A stretch of 63,695 nt of DNA, filler included, from Reticulomyxa filosa (lineage: Eukaryota; Protista; Foraminifera), in NCBI GenBank assembly GCA_000512085.1. It is 8 parts of 8 records of this genome, joined end to end, with 100 filler letters (N's around TTAATTAATTAA, not from the genome) between each part and the next. Parts side by side here need not be neighbours in the genome. Positions count along the whole stretch, not along the records: positions 37,710 to 60,077 come from ASPP01009302.1; 7 more parts are not named here. One strand, written 5' to 3'. This document shows positions 39,096 through 51,100 of the stretch, piece after piece (position 1 is the first letter of the stretch; every line of letters begins with the position of its first letter). The notes below the pieces were generated by a model that made no database searches, was not told the origin of the DNA, and saw nothing but the letters and a program-made list of their open reading frames with translations. The translations under genes were made by a program, and so were the position numbers.

Positions 39096-40948
39096 GAGGA
39101 AGAACGAATGAAGGCAGAAGCAGAGCGAATCCGCTTGGAAGAGGAGGCGAAGGAAAGAGAGAGACTACGAATTGAAGAGGAAGAGCGACAAAAGCGATTG
39201 CGAGAAGAAGAGGAAGAACGCCAAAAGCGATTGCGAGAAGAACAGGAACGAGAAGAGAGACTTCGTCGCGAACGCGAGGAACAGGCCGAACGAGAACGGA
39301 AAGAAAATGAGGAGCGACAACGACTAGAGGAAGAGAGGAAGAAACAAGAGGAAGAGAAGAAAAAACAAGAGCAAGAAAAATTGGAACGTAAACTAAAAAA
39401 ACAAAAAGAACGCGAAGAAAGAAAGGCGAAAGGGGGCAAGAGATTACTCAAAAAAAAAAAGATGATTGGAGTAACGACAAACCTTGGGATGGCAAACGTG
39501 TTGTGGCTTGTATCCATCAAGAGACTTCACCTCTCAATTGGGCTGTCTTCCAGCCCAGTGACACTGAAATTCTGCCCATGGCCTATGGGCATGGCGACTT
39601 GACCGATTTGAGAAAGTTTTGTCCATATCTGTTTTTTTTTTGCTGTTGTTGTAGTGATTAGCTCCTTCTTTTTTTGTCATTCCTTTTTCTTCCATATCAA
39701 AAAAAAAAAGTGCGTTGCGCGAAGATCAAGTTCAATATGGATTGATGCGCTTGTCATTTGGAGCAGGACGGTTCCGCAGAAGCCATTGGGTGTTCTTTTT
39801 ATGGACCCCTGATTCCATGGCCAGAGATGCACCTCCGCGCTTGCGCACCAAAAAGATCAATGAAAGAGTCAACTGTGCCAATATGCGTGGTGCCATGGAA
39901 AAACTGATAGGTATTGAAGAATGATATATACTTTGTCCAAATAAAACAAAGTACAATTTTATTTTGTTTTGTACTTGTTTACTAACGAAAAGGACCTTAC
40001 GGAGTGTCAATCGTGGCTGAGGAATTCGCAAAAGTCACACTGGAAGAGTGGATTTTACGGGTGAGACAGACAGTGGTTGTGGATGGAGCAGATGAATTTA
40101 TGAATGCTGAGTCCTTCCGGGCTGCACTTCTTGCCGTTTCGTTTCTTTTTGTTGTATTTTGCTAGTGTTGATTAAAAAAATGGCGTATTCCTTTTTTTGA
40201 GCGAGTTGAATAAATCAAAGACACAAGTTTTTGTTCTACAAATATAAACGACAAAATTGGATAGGAAAAAGAACATTTCGCTGCGATGGAAGCTGAGCGT
40301 CTTCGTAAAAAGGAGTTACAACGCATAGCTGGGTTACCAGAAAATGAAGACGACGATGATATGGTCTCTGTTGTTAGTGAAATGGATAATGAAATCAATG
40401 ATGAAATATTAGATAAAGAAGCAGCCACTCCACTTATGGTTGCCCCCTCCACTTCCTCCGAACAAACTATGACATCCTTGACTTTGGAAAATGGAAATAC
40501 GTCGACTAACGAAGAGCCTACAAAAGAGAGTTCCGTCAATCCATCCCAAGAGAGTTCCGCCAATCCACCCCAAGAAACTGCAACACAACCAGCGCCTACT
40601 GATCAACCTCAACAACAACTTGAATCAGGCCAAGCGTCTCAAGCTGTTGCTAGTAAAAGATCTTCTGGAGCGAGTGATATCAATCTTGAAGCTGTTGACT
40701 TTCCTATATACCTTTTTTTTAACTAACATAGTGTCCTCTTTATCCTATTGATCAGCAAAATATATTGCTATTTATGTTTTTAAAAGGTTGCTGACGAGAA
40801 AAAAAAGAAAAAGAAGAATGAAATGACCGAGGAGATGCTCCAAAAAGAATTGCAGTCCAAACTAGTATGGGAAAGTGTCGAACTAGTAAAAAAACCTGAA
40901 GAAGACTTGTGTTGGATTTTAGTTGAACCAAGACTTCCATCGAAATAA
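38212..40948 (+). CDS. Coactosin/ADF-H-domain actin-binding protein with an E/R/K single-alpha-helix linker; first ADF-H domain split between the N- and C-termini
   Basis: GRGVAGVDEMREYLDDTKVYFGLLQIKVGTGSFARSKNIFIHFNG and LNWAVFQP..YGHGDLTDLRNALREDQVQYGLMRLSFGAGRFRRSHWVFFLW match the coactosin pattern. Seven introns inferred; apparent 1-nt frameshift in A11 at 39450-39460. Confidence 0.8.
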
Positions 40949-41593
40949 CCTGTGTAATTCACATTACAGTAGAGAACATGTTTTACATAGATTAGTGTCC
41001 TCACACTGTTTTGAGTATGGTTTGCAGATGTCCAAAATTTTTTTGTAATGAAATTTTGTGTTGTCAAACCATCACTTGCGGCTATTCTCACAAACTTGTC
41101 AAATTTTGCGGCTCTCTGCCAACAATCAGAAATAAATAGTACTTATTGAGCAATTGTGCTCATTTTCAAGGCGTACGAAATAACTTTATTTGCTTTTTCA
41201 ACAGAAATGAATTTGTTAGTGTTTAGTCTCAGCTTATAACATCTTTTAACAACACATACGCAAAAGTGCACAAGTTAAACACAAAATAATTTTCGAGACA
41301 AATAAGAGACGATGAGGAAAACAGCATAAAATCGTTTTTTTTGTCAAGAATTGAGATTAAAAAAAAAAAGCGAAAAACAGCATTGCAAATACACAAAAAG
41401 AAAAGCGAATGAGGAAAAAAAAAAATCGAAACAAATCACTCGAACTTGGGAAAAAAGTGCTTGCGACAAATAAAAAGCAAAGCATTGCTCTAACACTACA
41501 AACTTCACACAAACAGGAACAATAGCTATATTGTTTGGGCAGCACGACAAAAAACAACAGTTTGCTTTTATTTGTTGTTTGTTCATCCAATTT

Positions 41594-44569
41594 CTACATA
41601 ATGGAACAATCACCTCCGCAATCACAGCCTTCACAAGCACAGCCTCCGCATTGTCCACTACCACCGTGACCATGGCCACCACCGCACGCTTTGCAATCAG
41701 CATCACAGGCACCTCCACAACAATCGTCATTGCTGTACAAGTTTTTGGATTTATAAATTTATATAACGTAAGTTAAAAAAAACAAAAAAGTACATGTCAG
41801 GAAGCCCAGAATCGAGCACTGGAATATTTTCGAAAGTGGCTTGGATATCACCGAATGTTGCAGCAGTTGCAGCCAGGGCGATGGCTGTGCCTCCTATAGC
41901 AAGAGCAGAGACAGTTCCTTTATTATTTCTTACAGTCGCCCAGGTTTTGGATTTGACAATGGAATCAAAGCCATCATTGGTTTGATTTTCATCAACTAGT
42001 AATCCTTTTTTTTCCAAATCTTCTTGTCGTGCCTCAAAAGCGATCAAAGACGTGAAGGGTGTGGGAAGGGAGTGCTCGACCGAAGTTTGGACAACTTGGC
42101 GTTCCACTTGTTGGTCCTCCGAAAACCAAGCCTGCGCAGACAATAAATCCAGTTTTTCTTTAATGAAGATTTTGTCAACAGGTAACTTTGTTTTCACAAC
42201 ATTAGCAACAATATTTTGTGTGTTGCCTTGAACATCGAGACCGCGAACCACAATAGTATCAGGTTTGTCATCTTCCTTCTTGTCTTCTTTGGTGTAGCGA
42301 ATTGCTGCAATTACCGGTCCATGTTCGAATAAATCGGGAACAGGGGATGGGTACATTTCCACGTCACTCTCTTGGCACACCACTTCAACATCAGTCAGCA
42401 CCGGTGTGTTTGCCATTTTCAGCAAATGGTCGATTTTTTGGTATATGCGCTCACGATGGGATACAATGTCAGAAAATCCGCGACCCAATTTTGCCAACAT
42501 CTATCGTGATACAACATAAAATACTTTATACATTACCATAAACACTTATGCAATTGCCGTGACTTTATTAAAAGGGACACCTCTTTTACTCAACTTTCAA
42601 AAAAAACCAATTACAATAACTACCAATGCCTAAAGTTAAAAATCTCGTTCGAATTTGCTTTTGTTTGATCTCATTGCAAATTTCTTTTTCATTATGGACA
42701 GCACCATCAGTGATTAACATGATGAACGGTAGCAAGTCGCTTTCTTCCAACACTTCCAATGCTTTTTCAATCGGCGCATCCATGACGGTCCCTCCCTTGG
42801 TTGGACCATATTGCTGAATCCAAGCCTTGGCTGCATTCACATTTTCTTTTGTTGCGCTGATCAAAGTCTGCTTAAAATACATTTGTCGATGATCGAACGA
42901 GCACACACCAAACATGTCAATTTCTCGTAGCCGATCCAGTCCGCGATACAATGCCCTCGTCGCCTCTTGAAACGGTTCTCCTGTCATCGACCCAGAGCGA
43001 TCCAATATGAAAAATATTGCCCGTCCAAACGTTTTTGACAATGATATTGGTGGAGTTACAAACACGCACATCGAATGGCTATCCTTTTGCTCTGTTTCTT
43101 CGTCCTTCTTGCTGATTGCATGTACTACAATCCCTTCTGACTTTACACTAAAGCTTAATTCAAAATCGCGTCCGGTGCTGCTCAAAGGTTCCTTTTTTTT
43201 TTATTGTTTATTCTTATTCTTTGTGTTCCTTTTCCTTTCCCTTCTCTTGCTCAAAAAAAAAAAAAGCAATGCAAACGCACGCATACATATAATTTATATA
43301 TAAGTATACGTTATTCCAAAAAAAAAAAAAAAGCCATTTTCGTATAACTTCAAGTGAGTACATAGGGTGATCGTCTCGATTCCCTTCTGGCACTGGAATG
43401 CATTCGAGAGTCTTTACAATGATGCTTCCATCTTCCAGTTTTTTGGTGCTAACCTCGTGAGAACGAACTTTTACCTGATGTAATCGTGTTTTTTTTTGTT
43501 ATTTACCAAATTGTAATGTGTTGCCTTTTTTGAAAAACATGTACGTTCTAAGCGTGCAAAAAAAAAAAACCAAGGAGAATCCCAAATTATGGGCAAAAAA
43601 AAAAGTACTATGTATGTAAAATATTTGAAAACATACCTTAGTATTGGACGACAGTGCATTAATCTTGCATCTGACCTGGACAACATCCTCCCATTTAACA
43701 TTTTCGACAATAGCGCCTTTCGGAAAGTACAATGGAATCGAAAGTGCATAGCCTGTCTTATAGTATTCCAAGGTTTGTAAGTAATAACAACTCACGTGTA
43801 TCGTTTCACCACTTTTCACTCCATTGAATGGTAATCGAAATAAATCTGGGATATGTTGATCAGGTGGCAAATCAAATTCAGGTGTACCACCAACTTGCTC
43901 TTTTTTCTTGCTTTTGTTTTGGTTGCCCTAAAGCCACAAAAAAAAATTGCTTTCTTTGTATACTTTTTTCCTCCCCCTTTTTACCTCAATTATTTCGTTT
44001 TTGTCTTTATTCGAAACCACTGCTGTTGTTAATACTCGGTCTTCGCCGATTCGCAATGACACACTCATCACTGTTCCTGACGTTGGTAGCAAAAATATGC
44101 AGTTTAACTGATTATTGTTATTTATTTTATTTTTTATTTTTATTGTTTGTTTTTTTTTTGGTGGGGTCATGATCATTGAATACGTAAACATTTCAAAAAA
44201 AAAGGAGACAAGAAAGCACAAGGAAAGGCAGCACAAAGAAAAAAGTAATTTTTTTCTTGTCCGAAACTGTTTTATCGGTTTGATTGGTCCATTTTCCTTT
44301 CATGGAAATGATTGCAGTTGATACATAGCATTCAACATCTACTTGCAGTTTCTCACAGTGAATTGAAAACAGTTGCGTGACGCTGTCTTCTTGGTCTTGA
44401 AACATTATTACCGGACACAATGGCCGAAATCCATCAAACCCGTCCATATTTGCCTTTGTATGATACCCTAGAAATGGAACAACCAAATTTTTCTTAAAAA
44501 TTTCACAAAAGGGTCACAAAAACTAGTTTCAAAGTTAAACTTTTAACTATCTCGTTCTGACCGATTCAT
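41594..44569 (-). CDS. VIT-VWA (VWA5A / inter-alpha-trypsin-inhibitor-related) protein with a Cys/Gly-rich CaaX tail
   Basis: IFFILDRSGSMTG (MIDAS DxSxS), GGTVMDAPI, IMLITDG, LGIGSYCNWFFL, YPSPVPDLF, TPFTSLIAFE. Last exon NDDCCGGACDADCKACGGGHGHGGSGQCGGCACEGCDCGGDCSIM*. Start codon tentative. Confidence 0.85.
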
Positions 44570-44777
44570 ATTTTTTTGTATCTATATGATCAAAAACAAT
44601 TTGATAAAACTCTTTACTTATTTTACAATTTTCAATTGTGATTGGCCTTATTTCGGCGAACATTTTTGCTTATTTGTACAAACGAAAGATGGAATGACGT
44701 CAAAAAAGGAAAAAGGAAATTGATTGCTTCACAAATATGTGCAATTGTTTTGAGGGGCAATATACTCATTAAAAAAT

Positions 44778-47700
44778 ATGTCAACAAGCAATGAAGATCT
44801 TTATGCTGGCTTGGACCAGCCGCCAGCCATACCATCTTACCCAACGGTATATAGTTGATAGTACAAAACTAAATTGACTTGAAAATACCACTTAATTGCT
44901 CACCAACCTCTTTTTCTTGTTTGCAATAGTCGTCTGCTTTATCCAGTGGTCGCTTGAACACAGGAGCAAGCAGAATGACAAGTAGCAACAATAACAGCAT
45001 TCGGCCAATGACATCCAATCGTGGAGTCGGTTACCAGTCAAAAATAAAGTCGGAAGGTCTAACACAATTTGCGAAGAATAGTCGTATCACAACCGCCCCA
45101 CCTCTAAAAGAGAGCAGTGAGTCGGGACCATTTTACAAAGCCAACGAAATGGAGTTGGAATGCAATGCATTTTGCAAAAGAGTATACTCGAGCATACATC
45201 AGTCGTAGGAGGGGATCGAAACGACTCTTTTTTTAATAAAAGCACCAAACGTCATACGGACAAGTCTCAGCTTAAAGCAGCTTTGTTAAGCTCTCTAGAA
45301 TTGGCCAAGCAGGCATGCAAAAAAGAAAGAGAGCTCATATCCTATCGTGACAAACATCAGTTATCTGATCAAATTAATTATGATTTGACTGTTGCTGTTC
45401 TCTTCAATTTAGCCTACACTTTTGAAGTTCAGTCGTGGTTTCATCAAATAATACAATAAGAATGATTTTTTAAAAAATTTGGAGCCAATAAACAAATGCA
45501 TATATTGATATTAATATAAAGTTAAATGACAAGTTCCAAGAAGCATTAAACACCTATCAATCAATGATAACGGAAATGAACAAGCAGCAAATGATACAAG
45601 TGAATCGCTTTCGAGTGAATATGGGAAACATATATTACAAACAGGGAAAGTATACACAAGCGATAAAAATGTACCGAATGGCCCTGGATTACATTAATCC
45701 ATCAAACAACGACACGAATGTTACCAGCTCTAATCTCAACAATGGAAGTCATCATAATGTGAACAATAGTGACCACACATCACAAGGGAATAATTTTATC
45801 AAAACACAGTTGACACGTAACATTGCGAATTGTTTTATTCAGTTGAAGCAATTCGGAGATGCAATAAAATGTTACGAAAATGTGTTCGAACATTGGAGCA
45901 AGTGGGGCAATGACCCATACATCCCTTATAACTTAATCATTTGTTACTACGCGTTAAATGACAAAGAGAAGATGAAGTATTCATTCTTGCAATTGCTCAA
46001 AACAAAAGCTCCGAAGGACAGCTCTTCGGCAACAGCAATAACAACTACTACTACACACGGTGAAGACACTCTGTCTCTTCATTCACACAAACGTTGGCTC
46101 GAAATTATTCATTTAATTCAAATGTCCGCACAAGTGATCGCCCCGGTTATCGGAGATAGTCTTAATCCTTTTCATGGATACGATTGGATTTTGGCTCAAA
46201 TAAGTGATCTTAAATCGATTCAAACTCAGAATCACAACGCCAACAATGCAAACACTTCAGCAGAAGAAACTCAAAGTTCTGCTCATTACGAATGCATTTT
46301 TGAGTCTTCTAAATATAATCACCTATTGGATAAACTCTTGGTTGAAATTACTGTCGCAAAAGGGATTGCTTTTTTGAAAGCCAAGCAAGTTCAAAAGGTA
46401 ATTAATCAATACAAACAACTGATACCATATTTTTGAACATTGATGTCTACAACTTTTTTGTGTGGGAAAGGCTATTGAAGTTTTCAAAGGGCTGGAAAAC
46501 GAGAGCGGTGAAACATTAGAAAAAGCAGCAACAAATTTATCATTTGTTTATTTCTTGGAATCAGAGTTTGAAAATGCGAACATGTATGCGGAAAAGGCTG
46601 TTTCACTTGACAGATATAACGCATGTGCACTTGTCAATCGAGCTAATTGTTTGGTCGTGTTGGGAGAATTTGAGCAAGTATGTGATGTGTACAAACTTTT
46701 TTCTTAGCGTGCTATCAAAAGTAGTTTAAACGTCTATGTCTCCACTTGATTCACCAAAAAAAGATTACTTTTACTCGATGTGGGGGAATGGTTTCCTTTT
46801 ACAGGCAAAAGAAATGTATTTGGAAGCAATAGGAGTGGAAGCAGACTGTACAGAAGCGATTTTTAATTTAGGTTTAGTCTGTGAGAAGTTACAGCACTAC
46901 AACGACGCTTTGCAAGCTTTTCATAAATTACATCGACTATGTCCAAAAGACGCATACGTCTTGCTGCACATTGCAAAATTGTTTTGTGATTACTCGTTTG
47001 TTTTTTTGTATAAGTATACGTATGACAAACTACACACAAAAAAAAGATATGATTTAAACAATGATACGGAAACCGCACTTGAGTATTATCGCATTTTGCA
47101 AGGCTTGGTTCCAAATGACGCAGGTGTGTATTTAAGCATTGGAAATTTGTACCGCAAAAAAGAAGACGAAATCCAGACCTTTCATAATTACTTGGATTCA
47201 CACAAATGCTTGAGCAATAATTTGGATGTAATACTGTGGCTTGGGGTATGGTATGTCGAATCTCAGATGTATGAAAAAGCGATTGACTTTTTCAATAAAG
47301 CCTCACAAATCGAGCCAAATCAACTAAAGTGGAAATTGATGATTGCCTCTTGCTATAAAAAAATGCAAAATTATGCTAAAGCAATCTTAACTTATCAGAG
47401 TATTTTGGCCATCGATCCGACACATATCAAGTGTTTACAAGATTTATGTGCTGTATTAAAAAAAATTAATGACCCCACATTTGATACTTTTAATGCTAAA
47501 TTGATTGAATTACAAATGCAACAGCAAACAAATGTAAACAAAAACGTATGAAAATTTTTTTCACTATTTCACAGTACAACAATAAAAAATTCTTTTGTTA
47601 GCCACAAGTTGTGATTCATGCCAAACAGGATACAAATGACCTACGGCAGGAACCTGAACCAGTTGTAAGCGAAACAAATCCAAATCCCGTGCAAGAAGTA

Positions 47701-47805
47701 CCTCCGAAAGCAGAAATCAGTGACAAGAATAACACTACGCCCGATGATACTTTTTTCAATGAATGGGGAGAGAGAGATTTATCTGGTGAATTGTTGCCAG
47801 CATGA
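44778..47805 (+). CDS. IFT88: Intraflagellar transport protein 88 (TPR protein)
   Basis: RPMTSNRGVGY, INYDLTVAVLFNLA, RFRVNMGNIYYKQGKYTQAIKMYRMALD, AATNLSFVYFLE, DRYNACALVNRANC, YLEAIGVEADCTEAIFNLGL, WLGVWYVESQMYEKAI, KWKLMIASCY. Apparent 1-nt frameshift at T4 45170-45173. Confidence 0.95.
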
Positions 47806-48136
47806 TGCAAAAAAATGAGATTTCTCCGATCAACGCAAACAAAGCTTTCAAATCAGAGCTTCGGCCATATTTCTTGGTTTTTCTGATAATTCTTCTCAAA
47901 TTTGAAAGTTTTTCTATTGTGGCAAAAGTGATTTTCAGAACAATTAAAATTTTTGACAGCTTTTTTTGTACAGTATTTAATCAGATCTGTGATTACTTGG
48001 AAATTCACAAACAAAATTGTTTAGAAGAATTTTTTAATTCGTTTTAAAAACCTACATTTGCAATTCAACAAAAGAAACTGTTTTTGACAAAGAATGTCCT
48101 TTTCCAACAGTGGCTGTTGTCCTTGTTAAGAATCTT

Positions 48137-51100
48137 TTACCACATTTGTCGCCAATTTCTTTGATCGTTTGTTATCACATTGTCTGAAGTTCCAAAAGAG
48201 TAATCGTTTCCATCACTTGCCCATAAATTTGAGTACGCAATATTATTTTCTTGATGATTTTCGTCAGTTGTTTCATTTCTTGTGTTGTTTGCCAAAGCCA
48301 TTGGCGCGAAGTTGTTGCTACTATAAAGCTGAGGCGCACTTGAAGGATTATCATAATAGTCATAAAATGCCTCTCTATGAGGAGGAAGGCCTGCATCTCG
48401 AAATTGGTTATGCACTAATTGCATTCCTGTAGGCTGGAGATGTTCTAATGTATAAGGCACGTTAAATTGGATTGTTTGATGAACTAAAGAAGTATCATCA
48501 TCACCCGGGCGAATTTGCTGTGCGAAGTTTCGAAGGCACATTTCGTTAAAACGTATCTGTTGTTAGTTACATACATTGGAACTTTTTTAAATGTTATTAC
48601 ATTATTTTTTGAAAACATAACAAACCAAAATAATAGGTTTTATTGAAGGAAACATTTGCACTAAGTCTTGAACTCGTAGTGCCACTGCGTCCTATTAATT
48701 TGTTGTATTCGTACGCAGATTTTGTTACAAGCACTGAACAACACAGAAATATTTTCACGCATACCCTTGCACTCGTTCTCTGCAATATCATTTGCGCTAC
48801 AAATACATTGATAGAAGGAAAAGCACACAAGAATACTTCATCATTTGTTTCAAATTCCGTCAAAAATGTGTTAATGGAAATCTGTTTTTTTTCAAGACAC
48901 CAAGATTACAAGGAACAACTTTTAAAAAATCAGGAAAGAACAAAAATGCCAAAATATTACCTCCAGATTCGAATTATCAACTGACATCTGAGTAGTGTCC
49001 AATGTAGTGAGATTGTCGTCAGCACATTGTTGGCTTTGAGGCTTGGCAATCATTTGAGTTGTTGGGTATTCGCTTTGTATTAAATCACATATGATGCTAG
49101 GCACAAATTGTAAAGGATAAAACACGGTATGGATTTTGACATTAAAATCTTTGAATACATTTGACAAATTTGCCATTAATTTTACTATCACCTTGTGAAA
49201 AAATTCGTGTTTGCCAGCATAATTTCTATATTTTGATATATTTTAACCTTTTATTTGTATCACTTCAAAAAAAAGGAATTGATGTGTCGTCAAAATAGAC
49301 TACATACGGCGATGAGCTGTTGGTGCACAGCAAAACATGACAATTGACGTATTGATAATAACATCTAAAAACACGGCCAATTAAGTTTTGAATGTCATCT
49401 CTTGTTTGGGGAGCTGATGTCAAACTCAAATTACATAAAATCACACATGTGTTGGGGCTAATGATTAATGTCTCTGCTGTAAGAGCTCGCTTAAATAGTA
49501 CAATGTTACAATATCCTAAGGCCCGAATTAGTGACTCTGGTATCCATGTATGAGGATTATTGGTGCAAATCAAGGCAATCTTTTGACTAAAGCAGCGAGA
49601 CAATTGTACTTCCACAAAATCTGATTCAGCCGAGTCAAATTTTACGAGTTCCTCTCTGTGAAGTATTTATCATCACTTGTGCTATGAAAAGAAGATTAAA
49701 TTAAAAAAAGTTAACATGAATGTCAGATCGACTGATGACTTGAATACGACAACGTGTATGCTCTGTTTATCCAGAGTAACAACACTGTCTTTAATGGACT
49801 CGAATACACTGGTATCAAAGCAAATTAACCGAACAATTGACTCCAGGAATGTTTTTATACTGGGTATATCTGGTTTTTGGACAATCTCATTAAATACTGC
49901 AGCGGTGCTTACGAAACAGCAGCAGTTCTCGTCACTCAGCTCTCTGTATTGACAGCAAGTCCACGTATGTGATATATTGAAAACGCAACAAGAAGCAAAC
50001 GCAAAAACTACACATGATAGCATTGGCGTGCTCTGCTTTCTGAATAAAAGAAACTCCTTTGGTTACGTTCTTTTGCTGCAAAGATTTTTCAATGAATCCA
50101 ATGACGACTGCTTTGTCAAATAAAACGACTGTTTTTGTTTTAGACTTTGTATCAGTCGAGTGGACTAATGTCGAAATTACTTCAAAGATACGGGTCAACT
50201 TTGGATCAATCGAGAGTTGCCCGTTTGCATTTTCATTCTGTTTTTCAAAGGGCAGCAAATCTCTAAGAGGATGGTGTCTCAAAGCAAAAAATAAACAAAA
50301 GTACCGCTATCTCGGACATTGCACCAAGTAATAATGAAATGGCGTCTTTGCTTTCAAAATATGACAAATGTTTGTGGTACCATTTGTCATTGAGCAATTT
50401 CTTCACAAAAGCCAATGCTACTAAAATCTTTAGTATTCATCACGTTTACAGATTATTTTACAGAAAACGATACACCAAAAAGAAGAAGAAAAAACTGACG
50501 CTGCTGTGGATAATATAATCTCGGACGTGCACAAGTGCATAAACAATGACAATGTGTCGCAGTACTTCCTCGTGTCTCTGACGCACTGAGCGGACAAAAA
50601 AGCATTTTGCATAGATATTTTTTTACAAATAGTCCAAATATACAAATTGCAAACAAAGTCAATAAATTACCTATCTCGGTTTCATAAAGCATTGTATCTT
50701 GTTTTTGCTCAGTCGCTTCTTTTACCATTTTTCTATAAGTTTTGACGGAATACAACCTTATAATAAACTTTTGAACACAGCGTTCATAAAGGAAAAAATA
50801 GACAAATTACGTGATTCGCTCTGCTTCGATAGTGAACACAGTTTCATGGTTAGCGATCAATCCGAAGGTTTTCAATTGTCTTGCTAACATGATAGTTTAT
50901 TTATTGAATGTAGAAAAGGCTAAGGGAAATAATTCAAATTAAACACAAAACAAAACTGAATGGCTTTGCACATTCGCTCAACACGGTCAATACATCTCTT
51001 TGGGCAACGGATAGTGGAAATTCCACAATTTTCGTCTTTTTTTTCACAATTTTTTCTTTTTCCAATTTTTGCTTGAATTTGACAAAACCAATGTCCGATT

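Noticed and set aside
39065-39520. Ser/Phe/Arg-rich minus-strand ORF and similar antisense ORFs over coiled-coil genes (e.g. 55472-55861)
   Set aside because: Expected shadows of GAA/AAA-rich sense codons.
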